In this document: one piece after another, positions 48,729 to 57,897 of the stretch
Numbering within the stretch: position 1 is the stretch's first letter
How the letters are laid out: each line of letters begins with the position of its first letter
Origin: a virus
Length of the DNA stretch: 64,000 nucleotides
IMG/VR virus record: IMGVR_UViG_3300020179_001470
Span: 1 to 64,000 of that record
Strand: one strand, 5' to 3'
Translations under genes and position numbers: made by a program
Notes under the pieces: generated by a model
What the model was told of the DNA's origin: nothing
Database searches by the model: none
Seen by the model: only the letters and a program-made list of their open reading frames with translations

Positions 48729-49551
48729 TTAAATCAGAATAAGATGAGCGCAAAAATAGAAATAAACAAAATTTACAACGAAGATTGTTTGATAACTATG
48801 AGTAAAATGCCAGATAATTTCTGCGATTTAATTGTAACATCTCCCCCATACGATAATATGAGAGATTACAATGGATATAAACTTGACTTGCACAAAGTAG
48901 GAGAAGAACTATATAGAATAACAAAAGATGGAGGAATGGTTTGTTTTGTGATGCAAGACCAGACAAAGAATTTTGGAAAATCATTAACCACATTCAAAAC
49001 TGCTATTGACTTTTACAATATCGGGTTCAAATTGTTTGAATGTTGCATATATCGCAAATACGGACAAGAAGGAGCTTGGTGGAATAAAAGATTTAGAATT
49101 GACCACGAATATATTTTAATGTTTCTCAAGGGAGATAAGCCAAAATCATTTAACAAAGAGCCGTTGAAAATTCCATCAAAGCACGGTGGTAAAACAATTA
49201 CAGGATGTGCTACGAGGCAAACCGATGGCACTACTCAAAAATCAAGAGCAATTAAAATTAACTTGATGAAATGTAGGGGTAGTGTTTGGGAATATCTAAA
49301 TGGTGGAGATAAGAATAAAATTAAACGAAAGCATCCTGCTACATTTCCTGATTCTCTTGCAAATGATTTAATAGTTTGTTTTAGCAAAGAAAAAGATATA
49401 GTTTACGATTGTTTTGGCGGTAGTGGAACTACAAGTAAGATGTCTGCAAAAAATAATAGAAGTTGGATTATTTCAGAAATAAGTAGTGAATACTGTAAAA
49501 TCATAAGTGAAAGAATGTCTGAAATATAATCAGTTAAATCAGAATAAGATG
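48729..49551 (+). repeat. 18-bp direct repeats TTAAATCAGAATAAGATG flanking the methyltransferase gene
   Basis: Copies at 48729-48746 and 49534-49551; a 17-bp copy at 43030-43046. Confidence 0.85.
48744..49529 (+). CDS. DNA N4-C/N6-A methyltransferase (beta class)
   Basis: TSPPY, HPATFP, DCFGGSGTT; start moved to MSAKI. Confidence 0.9.
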   Translation: MSAKIEINKIYNEDCLITMSKMPDNFCDLIVTSPPYDNMRDYNGYKLDLHKVGEELYRITKDGGMVCFVMQDQTKNFGKSLTTFKTAIDFYNIGFKLFECCIYRKYGQEGAWWNKRFRIDHEYILMFLKGDKPKSFNKEPLKIPSKHGGKTITGCATRQTDGTTQKSRAIKINLMKCRGSVWEYLNGGDKNKIKRKHPATFPDSLANDLIVCFSKEKDIVYDCFGGSGTTSKMSAKNNRSWIISEISSEYCKIISERMSEI

Positions 49552-49797
49552 GAGAAGATGAAGAATAAATTAATCAATGATTTGAAGTACTGTGCAGATT
49601 CGATAAAGATATATGGAGATACAGAAGGATATCTGGATGACCATCATATGAAGTTGATTCTAATGAAGTTGAATGAGATGTCGTATTATTATTCCAAGGA
49701 ACTAAACCGCAGGGAGATTCTCAAGAACAAGAAGGGATATGAATATAGATTGCTCAAGCATCTATCTGAAAAGTACCCAGATGAGGATGTAAAGTAA
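49549..49797 (+). CDS. Hypothetical protein
   Basis: Start ATG lies within the junction repeat. Confidence 0.55.
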   Translation: MEKMKNKLINDLKYCADSIKIYGDTEGYLDDHHMKLILMKLNEMSYYYSKELNRREILKNKKGYEYRLLKHLSEKYPDEDVK

Positions 49798-49819
49798 AAC
49801 CGGGGGATAAACTCATAAT

Positions 49820-50323
49820 ATGAATATAGAACAATATAGTATAGAAGAACTTATAGAACTAAGGAATACTATCAATGGTATAATAGATACCTATGAAGAT
49901 GGATATACCTATATCTGTAATATAAGAAGTTATGGAAAGAATTGGGTAGATAAGAATATAAAGAATGTACATATACTACAAGAACTATGTCATCAATATT
50001 ATGGATATGATGGTATAGTAGATGTATATTCAACCAACCCCAATCTAAATGAATTGGATAACTATGGAAAAACAATGTACATAGTATCAGTAGAGGAATA
50101 TGATAAATGGAAAGGATATGATTCCCTAAAGAATATTATAGAACAACTCGAAATGGAAATAAAGGAATGGAACGAAAGACATACTTTACCATTTAGAGAT
50201 AGACCTGTATTCGGACCTTTATATAGTGAAGAAGAATTGGAAGGTTTTAAAAAAGAACTATCCGAATATGATATGAACTTTATTGCTCCTGTAGAATATC
50301 ATCCCATAGATACAGATTCATGA
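49820..50323 (+). CDS. Hypothetical protein
   Basis: 167-aa ORF with TA-rich codon use. Confidence 0.65.
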   Translation: MNIEQYSIEELIELRNTINGIIDTYEDGYTYICNIRSYGKNWVDKNIKNVHILQELCHQYYGYDGIVDVYSTNPNLNELDNYGKTMYIVSVEEYDKWKGYDSLKNIIEQLEMEIKEWNERHTLPFRDRPVFGPLYSEEELEGFKKELSEYDMNFIAPVEYHPIDTDS

Positions 50324-50406
50324 CATATGGATTTGGGAGGTTTACCTCCCCATAGGTTATGTCAAACTTCTAGGTATCTAAAACAATATACCCATCAGTT
50401 TGTTAT

Positions 50407-50622
50407 ATGATTATGAAAAAGTACATGTTACATCGTCCCCTTTCCGATATGGAATCTGATGGGGTTTATTTTGACGAATCGGTTAAGAAGAAACTGTTAG
50501 AAGAAAGAGAAAAAGAGATATGCCATTATAGTGGTTTACCATCGGTTATAATGTATAGTACTAATAGGGTTTTACCCCACAATACACACAATGTAATACA
50601 GAAAGAGTCAAAAAATACTTGA
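50407..50622 (+). CDS. Hypothetical protein (CHYSGLPS motif)
   Basis: 71-aa ORF. Confidence 0.55.
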   Translation: MIMKKYMLHRPLSDMESDGVYFDESVKKKLLEEREKEICHYSGLPSVIMYSTNRVLPHNTHNVIQKESKNT

Positions 50623-50877
50623 TTTTAATCCCTTAATTTAAATATTTTTTGTCGTAACAAATTTTTTTAAAATATAAAGGGATGTATGACAAAAAATACC
50701 GCTGGTCGTATTACAATCAGTAAAAGTGTATAAAAATGGGAAAAAGTGGGACAAAGTGTAGGATTGACTCTTGCGTGAAATAAGAGTTATATTTTTATAT
50801 TTTCAGAAATGTCATACAATAAAAAACCCCCAAGTGTTTTACAAGGGGGTTGATGTAATACGTATATATGTCATACA

Positions 50878-51621
50878 TCAGTTCCTGAGGAAGATGATTG
50901 ACACACCGAATTTATGAAATCTAAGTTTAAGTTCGTTCTTTAAAGAATCGTTTTGAAATTGATTTGAGTCTTTGAACGACGTGTAAATAACCGTAGATAA
51001 ATCTTTTTTGTTTTCCAAAGTTTTCTTTGTGGGTTCTATTCTAATGTCAGGGGTGTCGGTCAATTCGTATGGTATACCATAAATGTTTCCGACTTTAAGG
51101 ACATTGTAATACGTGGTAGCTATCTTACCCAAAATTTTAACCCACTCGTCCATCCCTTCAAATGGTTTTGGGATTATATTTGGAGGTAATACATACGAAT
51201 ATTCGCCAGACAAAATGTATTGTATTGTGGGGAGGTCGTACTTCAGGCGGTTATACACTTCTCTTGAAACATTATCAGCGTCAATGGTGAAATGAAATAA
51301 ACCATCTTTATATTCTATGTTACCGATTCCAAGTTTAAAAGGGTACTCACCAAAACCCATTTCCTGAATTTTCTTGCCAACCAAATTGTATACGTCGTTA
51401 ACCAGCTGAGGGTAAACTTTCGTTGTGTCCACCCATAGTACCAAAACACATTCACTAATAAATGCCACACCATCTATGGTTCCTTGTGTTGGGTTTTTTG
51501 CGAGAACATCATCAATTTTAATCACCCCATTAGTTAGACCTCTTAGTTTCTCAACTATCATTGGTAATGACTGGTTGAACTTCTCAACGTCATCACCCTT
51601 AATTATTTCAGTTAGTTTCAT
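50878..51621 (-). CDS. Hypothetical protein
   Basis: 247-aa ORF; TATTTAT upstream; terminator-like hairpin at about 50821-50852. Confidence 0.65.
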   Translation of the reverse strand: MKLTEIIKGDDVEKFNQSLPMIVEKLRGLTNGVIKIDDVLAKNPTQGTIDGVAFISECVLVLWVDTTKVYPQLVNDVYNLVGKKIQEMGFGEYPFKLGIGNIEYKDGLFHFTIDADNVSREVYNRLKYDLPTIQYILSGEYSYVLPPNIIPKPFEGMDEWVKILGKIATTYYNVLKVGNIYGIPYELTDTPDIRIEPTKKTLENKKDLSTVIYTSFKDSNQFQNDSLKNELKLRFHKFGVSIIFLRN

Positions 51622-51807
51622 ATTAGTTGAACTTTACTTATAAATACCATTACCCCGCCAAACTAAATCGACCATCTCAGTTCCCTGTACTAACTAATGT
51701 TAGTTAGTTTTGTGCCAAACTAAATCGACCCGTCGGATGGTCCCTGAGGATTCTGATTCCGCCAAACTAAATCCGGAGTCACAGGTCCCTCTTCAGAATT
51801 TTCTTAT

Positions 51808-51841
51808 AAAAAAAAATCCTGTGGGATTAATCACAGGATTT
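51808..51841 (-). terminator. Intrinsic terminator
   Basis: A tract, then ATCCTGTG...CACAGGAT. Confidence 0.8.
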
Positions 51842-51864
51842 GGTTAAGAGGTCTTGAGTTAATA

Positions 51865-52137
51865 TCACATGTTGCTCAAGATACTCTTACGGAACTCGAA
51901 CGCTTTCTTCTTTGAAGAGAAGTTCTGAGAGTAACGGGTTCCGTTCACACTAGCGCGTACACGGTAAGAGAAACCATCGTAGTAGATGTGGTGAGAAACC
52001 GGTACGTAAGTACTTACGGTTGCTTTAACCACTGGTGCGGCTACGGCTTTTTTACCTCCACCCTTCTTAGGGGCTGGAGCTGGTTTGCTTGCGGGCTTGC
52101 TAGCTGTTTTTTTTGTAGTGGACTTTTTTGTTGCCAT
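51865..52137 (-). CDS. Basic DNA-binding-like protein: K/A/P-rich tail plus AP2-like domain
   Basis: MATKKSTTKKTASKPASKPAPAPKK...; YRVRASVNGTRYSQNFSSKKKAFEFRK. Confidence 0.6.
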   Translation of the reverse strand: MATKKSTTKKTASKPASKPAPAPKKGGGKKAVAAPVVKATVSTYVPVSHHIYYDGFSYRVRASVNGTRYSQNFSSKKKAFEFRKSILSNM

Positions 52138-52272
52138 AATATATTGATTTTAATATATAAAATATAAACAATAAAATCCTAAAAACCAAATCCTATAAAA
52201 AAAAAATTTCAAAGAACTAATGCCAATCTAAATCCAGATTCCGGGGTCACCTGTCGTCTGTACGTCGCCAAA

Positions 52273-52593
52273 CTAAATCCACAGTGTAACACCCTCCTCA
52301 GGATTCTCGGGGTACCTTGTCTTATTGAGACAGTCTTTACATGAACTGGGTAGTAGATTATACTTACCCCTCAACCCGTCTACCTGAAAATAAGATAGAG
52401 GTGTTGGTATCATGTCTCCACACTCATGACAGTGTATCCTGTATACTCCTAACTTACCTGAATTATAATAATCAGTTAAGTCATATGATTTACCTGTCAC
52501 AACGTTGTCATCCACGTGTGTGACTGTGTCTTCTATTATTTCACCTGTAGTAGGGTTGGTAAAGTATACCTTATCCCTGATGAAGAGTTTCAC
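52273..52593 (-). CDS. Hypothetical Zn-ribbon protein
   Basis: CHEC...CKDC; the TAG stop lies inside a motif copy. Confidence 0.55.
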   Translation of the reverse strand: MKLFIRDKVYFTNPTTGEIIEDTVTHVDDNVVTGKSYDLTDYYNSGKLGVYRIHCHECGDMIPTPLSYFQVDGLRGKYNLLPSSCKDCLNKTRYPENPEEGVTLWI

Positions 52594-52762
52594 TGAAGTT
52601 TCCCCCTTTCTTCTATACGTCGTAAGTATTGGGTAAACATTTTTGCCGCAATAGCCAACTTCTGTGGTCTAAAACAATATTTGTTACCAAGTCTAGCCAT
52701 TGCTATCCTCATGAACTGTTCCTGAATCTGTGGTTCTACTCGTATCATGACTTTAAATATTA

Positions 52763-53224
52763 CTAAAGGTGAGTATTGAACACATCGAAATCTCTAATCC
52801 CCATATTCTGTCTCTCCACTTTTGCGTTGTGCTGTAAAAATGATTGGATACTTTCACCCTGTTCCACAGCTTGGAACACCAATTCCTGTTTAAATTGTTC
52901 TGAAGTTATAACTCTAACAACGGATAGTCCAAGTAACCTCATCCAAAATGGTTCGTCGACCATCACAGATTTAATTCTGAAATAGTTCACAGATTCTCGA
53001 GTCACACTAAAAACCCCTTTTCGTTCAATCACACAGTCATCATAGAATTCATACCTCCAACAGTCTACTTCGAAGTATTTGTAGATGTATATGACCACAG
53101 CCAATGCACATGCATATGGGTGTACGAAATAAGTTGCTGGTACCATGGCCAGCCAACCAAAATTCAACCACTGAGATGGTCTTAGTATGTGAGTCGGATT
53201 CTCTTTTTGTTGTGTATTAAACAT
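52763..53224 (-). CDS. Bacterial PH (bPH_2) domain membrane protein
   Basis: Two TMs, then ERKGVFS...RIKSV...PFWMRLLGLS.V. Confidence 0.8.
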   Translation of the reverse strand: MFNTQQKENPTHILRPSQWLNFGWLAMVPATYFVHPYACALAVVIYIYKYFEVDCWRYEFYDDCVIERKGVFSVTRESVNYFRIKSVMVDEPFWMRLLGLSVVRVITSEQFKQELVFQAVEQGESIQSFLQHNAKVERQNMGIRDFDVFNTHL

Positions 53225-53228
53225 AATA

Positions 53229-53540
53229 CTAATTTTTAGTTATATTCTTGGTTGTTGCGCCTGAACTACAATTACATGGAACTGACTTTTTCCTTACTTT
53301 TTTCCATTCAATAGAATGAGGTGGTAATAAATGTGGTGTAGTTGAATCACCATAACAATGATTAACCCAACAATTATAAATCAATGGACCATGTAGAGTA
53401 TCTGCGATGTAAATGTGTTTCAAATTACTCGATACGATTGCCACATCTGAGCATTGGATGTATGTTTGGTTGGACCTGCAACCAAATAATCCGAGTGTCG
53501 ATATAAATAATATTTTTTTCATAACCCCAAATCTAAACAA
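53229..53540 (-). CDS. Putative lipoprotein
   Basis: MKKILFISTLGLFGC lipobox (true start probably a few codons in). Confidence 0.5.
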   Translation of the reverse strand: MFRFGVMKKILFISTLGLFGCRSNQTYIQCSDVAIVSSNLKHIYIADTLHGPLIYNCWVNHCYGDSTTPHLLPPHSIEWKKVRKKSVPCNCSSGATTKNITKN

Positions 53541-53546
53541 AATTTA

Positions 53547-54149
53547 TTATTTTTCCATATGGATATCACGAAAAAATTCAAAATCGATTACCTCGTCTTC
53601 TTCAACCGCGAAGTCAACACACATTGCAATAATCTTTCCTCTTTTCTTTGTAACATATAATGTGTAAGAACCATCACCAAAACCAGATGAAGAAACTACT
53701 CCCTCGTCATACACACCGTATCTGTTATCACCCAAGGTTCTTGAACACATACTGATGTACCATTTTTCACCTTGTTCCTCCTCACGGGCCTCAGTCATTT
53801 CTTTCCAAGGAGTTTCACCAAAGAATGAAATATCACCATCCCCCAAACCGATTCGTTCTGTAATAGAGTCGTCACGATAAGATTCTTTGGAGAAGATTCC
53901 ACACTGACCTGAGTCAACACCGATGGTTGCTGGATATTCTTTCCATACCAAATCATCTCCCTGATGGTCCTCGTGTATGACAAGTACCATTGAACTTCGG
54001 ATACCCCAATCACCACAGTCGTGACGCTTGACATAGGTGTCATACATACCAGGTTTAACACCACTAACAATTCCCTGACACCAGGTTGGGATTGTGTAAC
54101 AAGGGTCGGATACTACGACCTCATTTCCTAATTTGATTTTGTTTGTCAT
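53547..54149 (-). CDS. DUF4241-like protein
   Basis: VSDPCY, IGVDSGQ, SSGFGDGSY. Confidence 0.7.
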   Translation of the reverse strand: MTNKIKLGNEVVVSDPCYTIPTWCQGIVSGVKPGMYDTYVKRHDCGDWGIRSSMVLVIHEDHQGDDLVWKEYPATIGVDSGQCGIFSKESYRDDSITERIGLGDGDISFFGETPWKEMTEAREEEQGEKWYISMCSRTLGDNRYGVYDEGVVSSSGFGDGSYTLYVTKKRGKIIAMCVDFAVEEDEVIDFEFFRDIHMEK

Positions 54150-54235
54150 ACACTATATGTTATTAAATGGTTTCTATTTCAAAATTAGTTCATTTACTAG
54201 AATATTCCAAATTTTTCTAGAATATTTTTGCCAGA

Positions 54236-54460
54236 CTAATTTGCCGGATTCTCCTCCTTCTTGTTTTTCTTTTTGAAATAGATGTAGAACGGAACCCAAC
54301 CAGTAAGAACAATTGTCATACACAATAAGGACTCCAATACTGATATGTCTTCAGGGTTCGCTGAAGGGTTGATTGCTCTTGCAATGTTTGCGGTGATAAT
54401 TACAACACCTAACCATCCTAAAATGGTGATACCAACTTGTTTTAATTTTTGATTTTTCAT
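54236..54460 (-). CDS. Small membrane protein
   Basis: Two TMs. Confidence 0.6.
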   Translation of the reverse strand: MKNQKLKQVGITILGWLGVVIITANIARAINPSANPEDISVLESLLCMTIVLTGWVPFYIYFKKKNKKEENPAN

Positions 54461-54477
54461 CTTTTTGATTTTAAAGT

Positions 54478-54777
54478 TTAATACAATTGTTGCTTTAATT
54501 CTTTTGCTTTCTCAAAGTGTTTCTTGATTTGGTTTGCAAAACTTACCAAACGAGCTTTGGTCTTGGCGTATGCGAAAAACTGACAATACTCACTGTCGAA
54601 ATCAATTCCACTACAGTTGATGTTTCTTTTTACACAGTCCTCAAAGTCATATGCCGACTCGTAGTCGTGACCTATCACCTCTTTATTGGGGTAACCAGTA
54701 AGAGTCCATTGGGCTCCATCCCAATCACCTTTGTAGATTGATAATCCAATACCTGTTGAAATTGTTTCTGTCTTCAT
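54478..54777 (-). CDS. Hypothetical protein
   Basis: Start moved to MKTET. Confidence 0.6.
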   Translation of the reverse strand: MKTETISTGIGLSIYKGDWDGAQWTLTGYPNKEVIGHDYESAYDFEDCVKRNINCSGIDFDSEYCQFFAYAKTKARLVSFANQIKKHFEKAKELKQQLY

Positions 54778-54781
54778 GTTG

Positions 54782-55261
54782 CTACTTTTTAAATGTTGAT
54801 TTAAATACTCGAATGTTTTCCTCAATCTCAAGGTCCATTGCTTGAGCTAACTTCATTTTAGCCTTAATCATGAACTCTTTGTCGCCAGACAAAATTTCCA
54901 AATCCTCCTCAGGGTGAAACTCAATCTTGTCGACAATGACGCGAACATCCTTTGATTTCTTACTCTGACGGTAGAATGGTGTACGTGCGTAGATGTACTC
55001 ACGAACCTGAGTCAACTTAATATCACTGAGGTCCTCACGAATTCTCATTTGGATGATAATCTCCTCAAGTGATGCAAGTTTTTCGAATGTTAACTTACTC
55101 TCAATAACCATGGTCTTATATAAACTAATTAACTCTACTAGCTCCTTAGAATATTTCTTACCATCACCATGGTTGATGAATTGGTCATATGAACTCAGTT
55201 CACTCTTTGACCCTACGATGTCAATGAAGACACCTTCGATTGTTTTATTTACTCGTCCCAT
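54782..55261 (-). CDS. Hypothetical protein
   Basis: 159-aa ORF. Confidence 0.65.
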   Translation of the reverse strand: MGRVNKTIEGVFIDIVGSKSELSSYDQFINHGDGKKYSKELVELISLYKTMVIESKLTFEKLASLEEIIIQMRIREDLSDIKLTQVREYIYARTPFYRQSKKSKDVRVIVDKIEFHPEEDLEILSGDKEFMIKAKMKLAQAMDLEIEENIRVFKSTFKK

Positions 55262-55266
55262 AATTT

Positions 55267-55530
55267 TTAAAAAAAGTTATTTAATAATGTTTTTAACATG
55301 CCAAACAAAATCCGGGGTTCAGCTGTCCCGTCGGAATTTTTTTCTTCAGAGTTTTCCATTTCTTTTTTCATTTGAATTGCTTCGTCTACTCTAATCCTTT
55401 GCTCGATGGTTCTTGCATGGTATTTAGATGAAACAATAACATTTTCTTTAGTCCTCAACTCATCCACCCACTCTTGATATGTGAATTGATTCGTTGGTTC
55501 TGTACTCGACATTATTTTCAAATCTTCCAT
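55267..55530 (-). CDS. Hypothetical protein
   Basis: 87-aa ORF containing a motif copy at 55300. Confidence 0.55.
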   Translation of the reverse strand: MEDLKIMSSTEPTNQFTYQEWVDELRTKENVIVSSKYHARTIEQRIRVDEAIQMKKEMENSEEKNSDGTAEPRILFGMLKTLLNNFF

Positions 55531-55536
55531 ATGAAT

Positions 55537-56151
55537 TTATTTTACTTTTTCCTTTAATTCTTCTTCGTATATTCTACGGATTTCTTTTTCGTCTTCCTTA
55601 TCAACATAAGGGAATTGTGCAACGAAGTCATCAACACTAGTTTCGTTATCAATTGCGTATTCCATCTCATTTTGGAAAAGGGATTCCCAAAAGTATTCTT
55701 CGTCAAAACGATAGTTACCTTCTAAAAAACCATAATCCTCCTCAACCAAACCATTTTCGTTGATGAACGCTTTACCGCAGAAATCGTTTCCACCCTCCGA
55801 ATAAGACATCTCCACATTCACACCATACATCTTGTGTAATACAACTCCAAAGTTGATTGGTGGTGACCACGCGGTATCGGGATACAAATAGATACAATCT
55901 TTTTCAAAGGTGAAGTTGCAGTCGGCGTATGACACATCCCATTTGGTACCATACCAACCTGTGTTTGCGTTATACCATCCACCTTGTTCATATTGTTCTT
56001 TACCCATTTCAGGGAAACGACCGATTAAGGACTCGAATATGATACATTTTTCAGGTTCCGATTTTGGAACATCATTAAGGACACGAGTAAGCAATCCTAT
56101 TTGCTCTTCAGTACCTGTTATTGTTATTGAGTTTTGACACCAGTTCGGCAT
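55537..56151 (-). CDS. DUF1281/Api92-like protein
   Basis: MPNWCQN...WY......YGTKWDV...TAWSPP. Confidence 0.75.
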   Translation of the reverse strand: MPNWCQNSITITGTEEQIGLLTRVLNDVPKSEPEKCIIFESLIGRFPEMGKEQYEQGGWYNANTGWYGTKWDVSYADCNFTFEKDCIYLYPDTAWSPPINFGVVLHKMYGVNVEMSYSEGGNDFCGKAFINENGLVEEDYGFLEGNYRFDEEYFWESLFQNEMEYAIDNETSVDDFVAQFPYVDKEDEKEIRRIYEEELKEKVK

Positions 56152-56234
56152 AAACTATCTATTTTAAGTTGTTCATTAATACAAAGGTATAAAGAGGATA
56201 CCATTTTACCAAATAATATCCCCTTTTTATTTTT

Positions 56235-56780
56235 TTACCAGGATGCTTGATAGTAGAAATCTCCTTCTTCTTCCTTTAATAAGGGGGTGATTTGTTTAAT
56301 GGTATTTTCTAAACCTTTTAGATACCACTCGTCATATTCAGTTCCCCCGAAAAAGAACCCCGATTGGGTTGGTAGTAGTTCTTCCGCAAGTTCGGTGTCG
56401 GTGTAGACATCGATATCATCGTACAACTCCTTACCACCTTGCCAACCAACTTTCACCTGAACCTTCTTCGTCGGAGAGTTTATCAAACTATCCAAAACTT
56501 TCTCACAGGTATCCACCAACTCCTTGAGTTGTTCACGGGATACAGAATACTCTCGACAATCGTCCTCACCATCCTGTACATTGTTTACGAACCATGCGTG
56601 GATGTGGTTCTCTTTTCTCCAATATGCGACACTTTCTTCGATACTCGAAACTCTGTCGGGTTGGATTTCCTTAACTACTTTTCCACCTTTCTTAACTGTC
56701 ACCTTGTGAAGTTGTTCAGGTGTCATATGTGACCAATTTTTCACATAGGTTTTCTTGTGGAGATACATATCTAATCCCAT
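56235..56780 (-). CDS. Hypothetical phage protein (MGLDMYL...YQASW type)
   Basis: YWRK.N.IH.WFV, LLPTQSGFFFG..EYDEWY. Confidence 0.75.
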   Translation of the reverse strand: MGLDMYLHKKTYVKNWSHMTPEQLHKVTVKKGGKVVKEIQPDRVSSIEESVAYWRKENHIHAWFVNNVQDGEDDCREYSVSREQLKELVDTCEKVLDSLINSPTKKVQVKVGWQGGKELYDDIDVYTDTELAEELLPTQSGFFFGGTEYDEWYLKGLENTIKQITPLLKEEEGDFYYQASW

Positions 56781-56784
56781 TGTA

Positions 56785-57087
56785 TTATTGATTTAAGATG
56801 TTAAACAATTTTGTACCAAGACCAAATAACTTTTCCGCCTTATCCTCTCTTTTTCCTTCACTACACACGTAGATTGATTTATCAGGTAGAACACCCAAAT
56901 CCAACATTCCAAATGTGTGTTCCCATTTACCATTGATGAATTGTTCACCTGTGAACCTTTCTTGTGCGTTGTACGCTTCGTAGGTCATTTTCAATTTGAC
57001 ATTATTCTCATTTTGAATAATTCTCATCTCATATGACTTATCTCTCAAGTGAGATGATACCGAGTGGATTACTTTTTCTTTTTTCAT
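56785..57087 (-). CDS. Hypothetical protein
   Basis: 100-aa ORF, probably leaderless. Confidence 0.6.
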   Translation of the reverse strand: MKKEKVIHSVSSHLRDKSYEMRIIQNENNVKLKMTYEAYNAQERFTGEQFINGKWEHTFGMLDLGVLPDKSIYVCSEGKREDKAEKLFGLGTKLFNILNQ

Positions 57088-57186
57088 AATACAAAGATAT
57101 AATGATTTTTCTTTTATACCAAATTTATTTTCAACTTTGTTGCCAACCTAAATCAATGTCCATCCTATGTGTACGAGGTTTTTAAT

Positions 57187-57212
57187 AAAAAACCCCACAT
57201 TTCTGTGGGGTT
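57187..57212 (-). terminator. Intrinsic terminator (near-copy at about 60693-60720)
   Basis: AAAAAACCCCAC-ATTTCT-GTGGGGTT. Confidence 0.85.
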
Positions 57213-57227
57213 CTCCCCTTAAACCAA

Positions 57228-57818
57228 TCAATCATAAGTAATCCTCGCGTATTTTACTGTGACCCAGTTGTCCTTTACAACAATCTTACCCATGTCCTCA
57301 CCATCCTCGCCTTTCCAATAAACCTCACCATTTAATTTCACACCCCACTTCTCAAAGAAATGATTGATAAGATACTTCAACCACTCAACGTAGTTGTAAA
57401 ACTTCTCACCACCATCCCACATTAGATGAATTCCATTTTCATCCGTAGTCCATTGACACCATAAACCAGGTTGACATTTACCCTCTCGCGTTCTCAAATC
57501 ATTTTGTGTCCACCTTTCGTTGTAGTTAGTTGTTAGAAAATCAAGTTGACCTGGAGGTGTGTTGTAATCAACAATACTATCATCCTTGTCTTGACCCGCG
57601 AACCCATTACCACCAACAAAGTATTCACCATCGTTTCCGTAGGTTTCTTCTTTTGGTAGAAAAGGGTTTCCGTGTTCACCCTTAAATAACTCATAGAGTT
57701 TCTCAACATTTCGTTTCATTCTACGAGTGTTGTTGAACTTGGTGATGTAATTTTTTTCATCACTAGTGAGTGGACGACTGAATTCAAATCCACCTTCGAA
57801 ATCGGTTGTGTATCCCAT
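57228..57818 (-). CDS. Hypothetical phage protein (MGYTTDF type)
   Basis: QPGLWCQW...WDGGEKFYNYVEWL.Y. Confidence 0.7.
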   Translation of the reverse strand: MGYTTDFEGGFEFSRPLTSDEKNYITKFNNTRRMKRNVEKLYELFKGEHGNPFLPKEETYGNDGEYFVGGNGFAGQDKDDSIVDYNTPPGQLDFLTTNYNERWTQNDLRTREGKCQPGLWCQWTTDENGIHLMWDGGEKFYNYVEWLKYLINHFFEKWGVKLNGEVYWKGEDGEDMGKIVVKDNWVTVKYARITYD

Positions 57819-57897
57819 ACTTTTTTGATTTAATTGTAATACAAAGATATAACAATTTTTCTTTTATACCAAATTTATTTTGAACTTTGTTGCCAAC

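Noticed and set aside
51657-51790. Second CRISPR array
   Set aside because: The conserved part is only about 13-17 bp, spacing is irregular (57 and 47 bp) and the same motif is dispersed over 12 kb.
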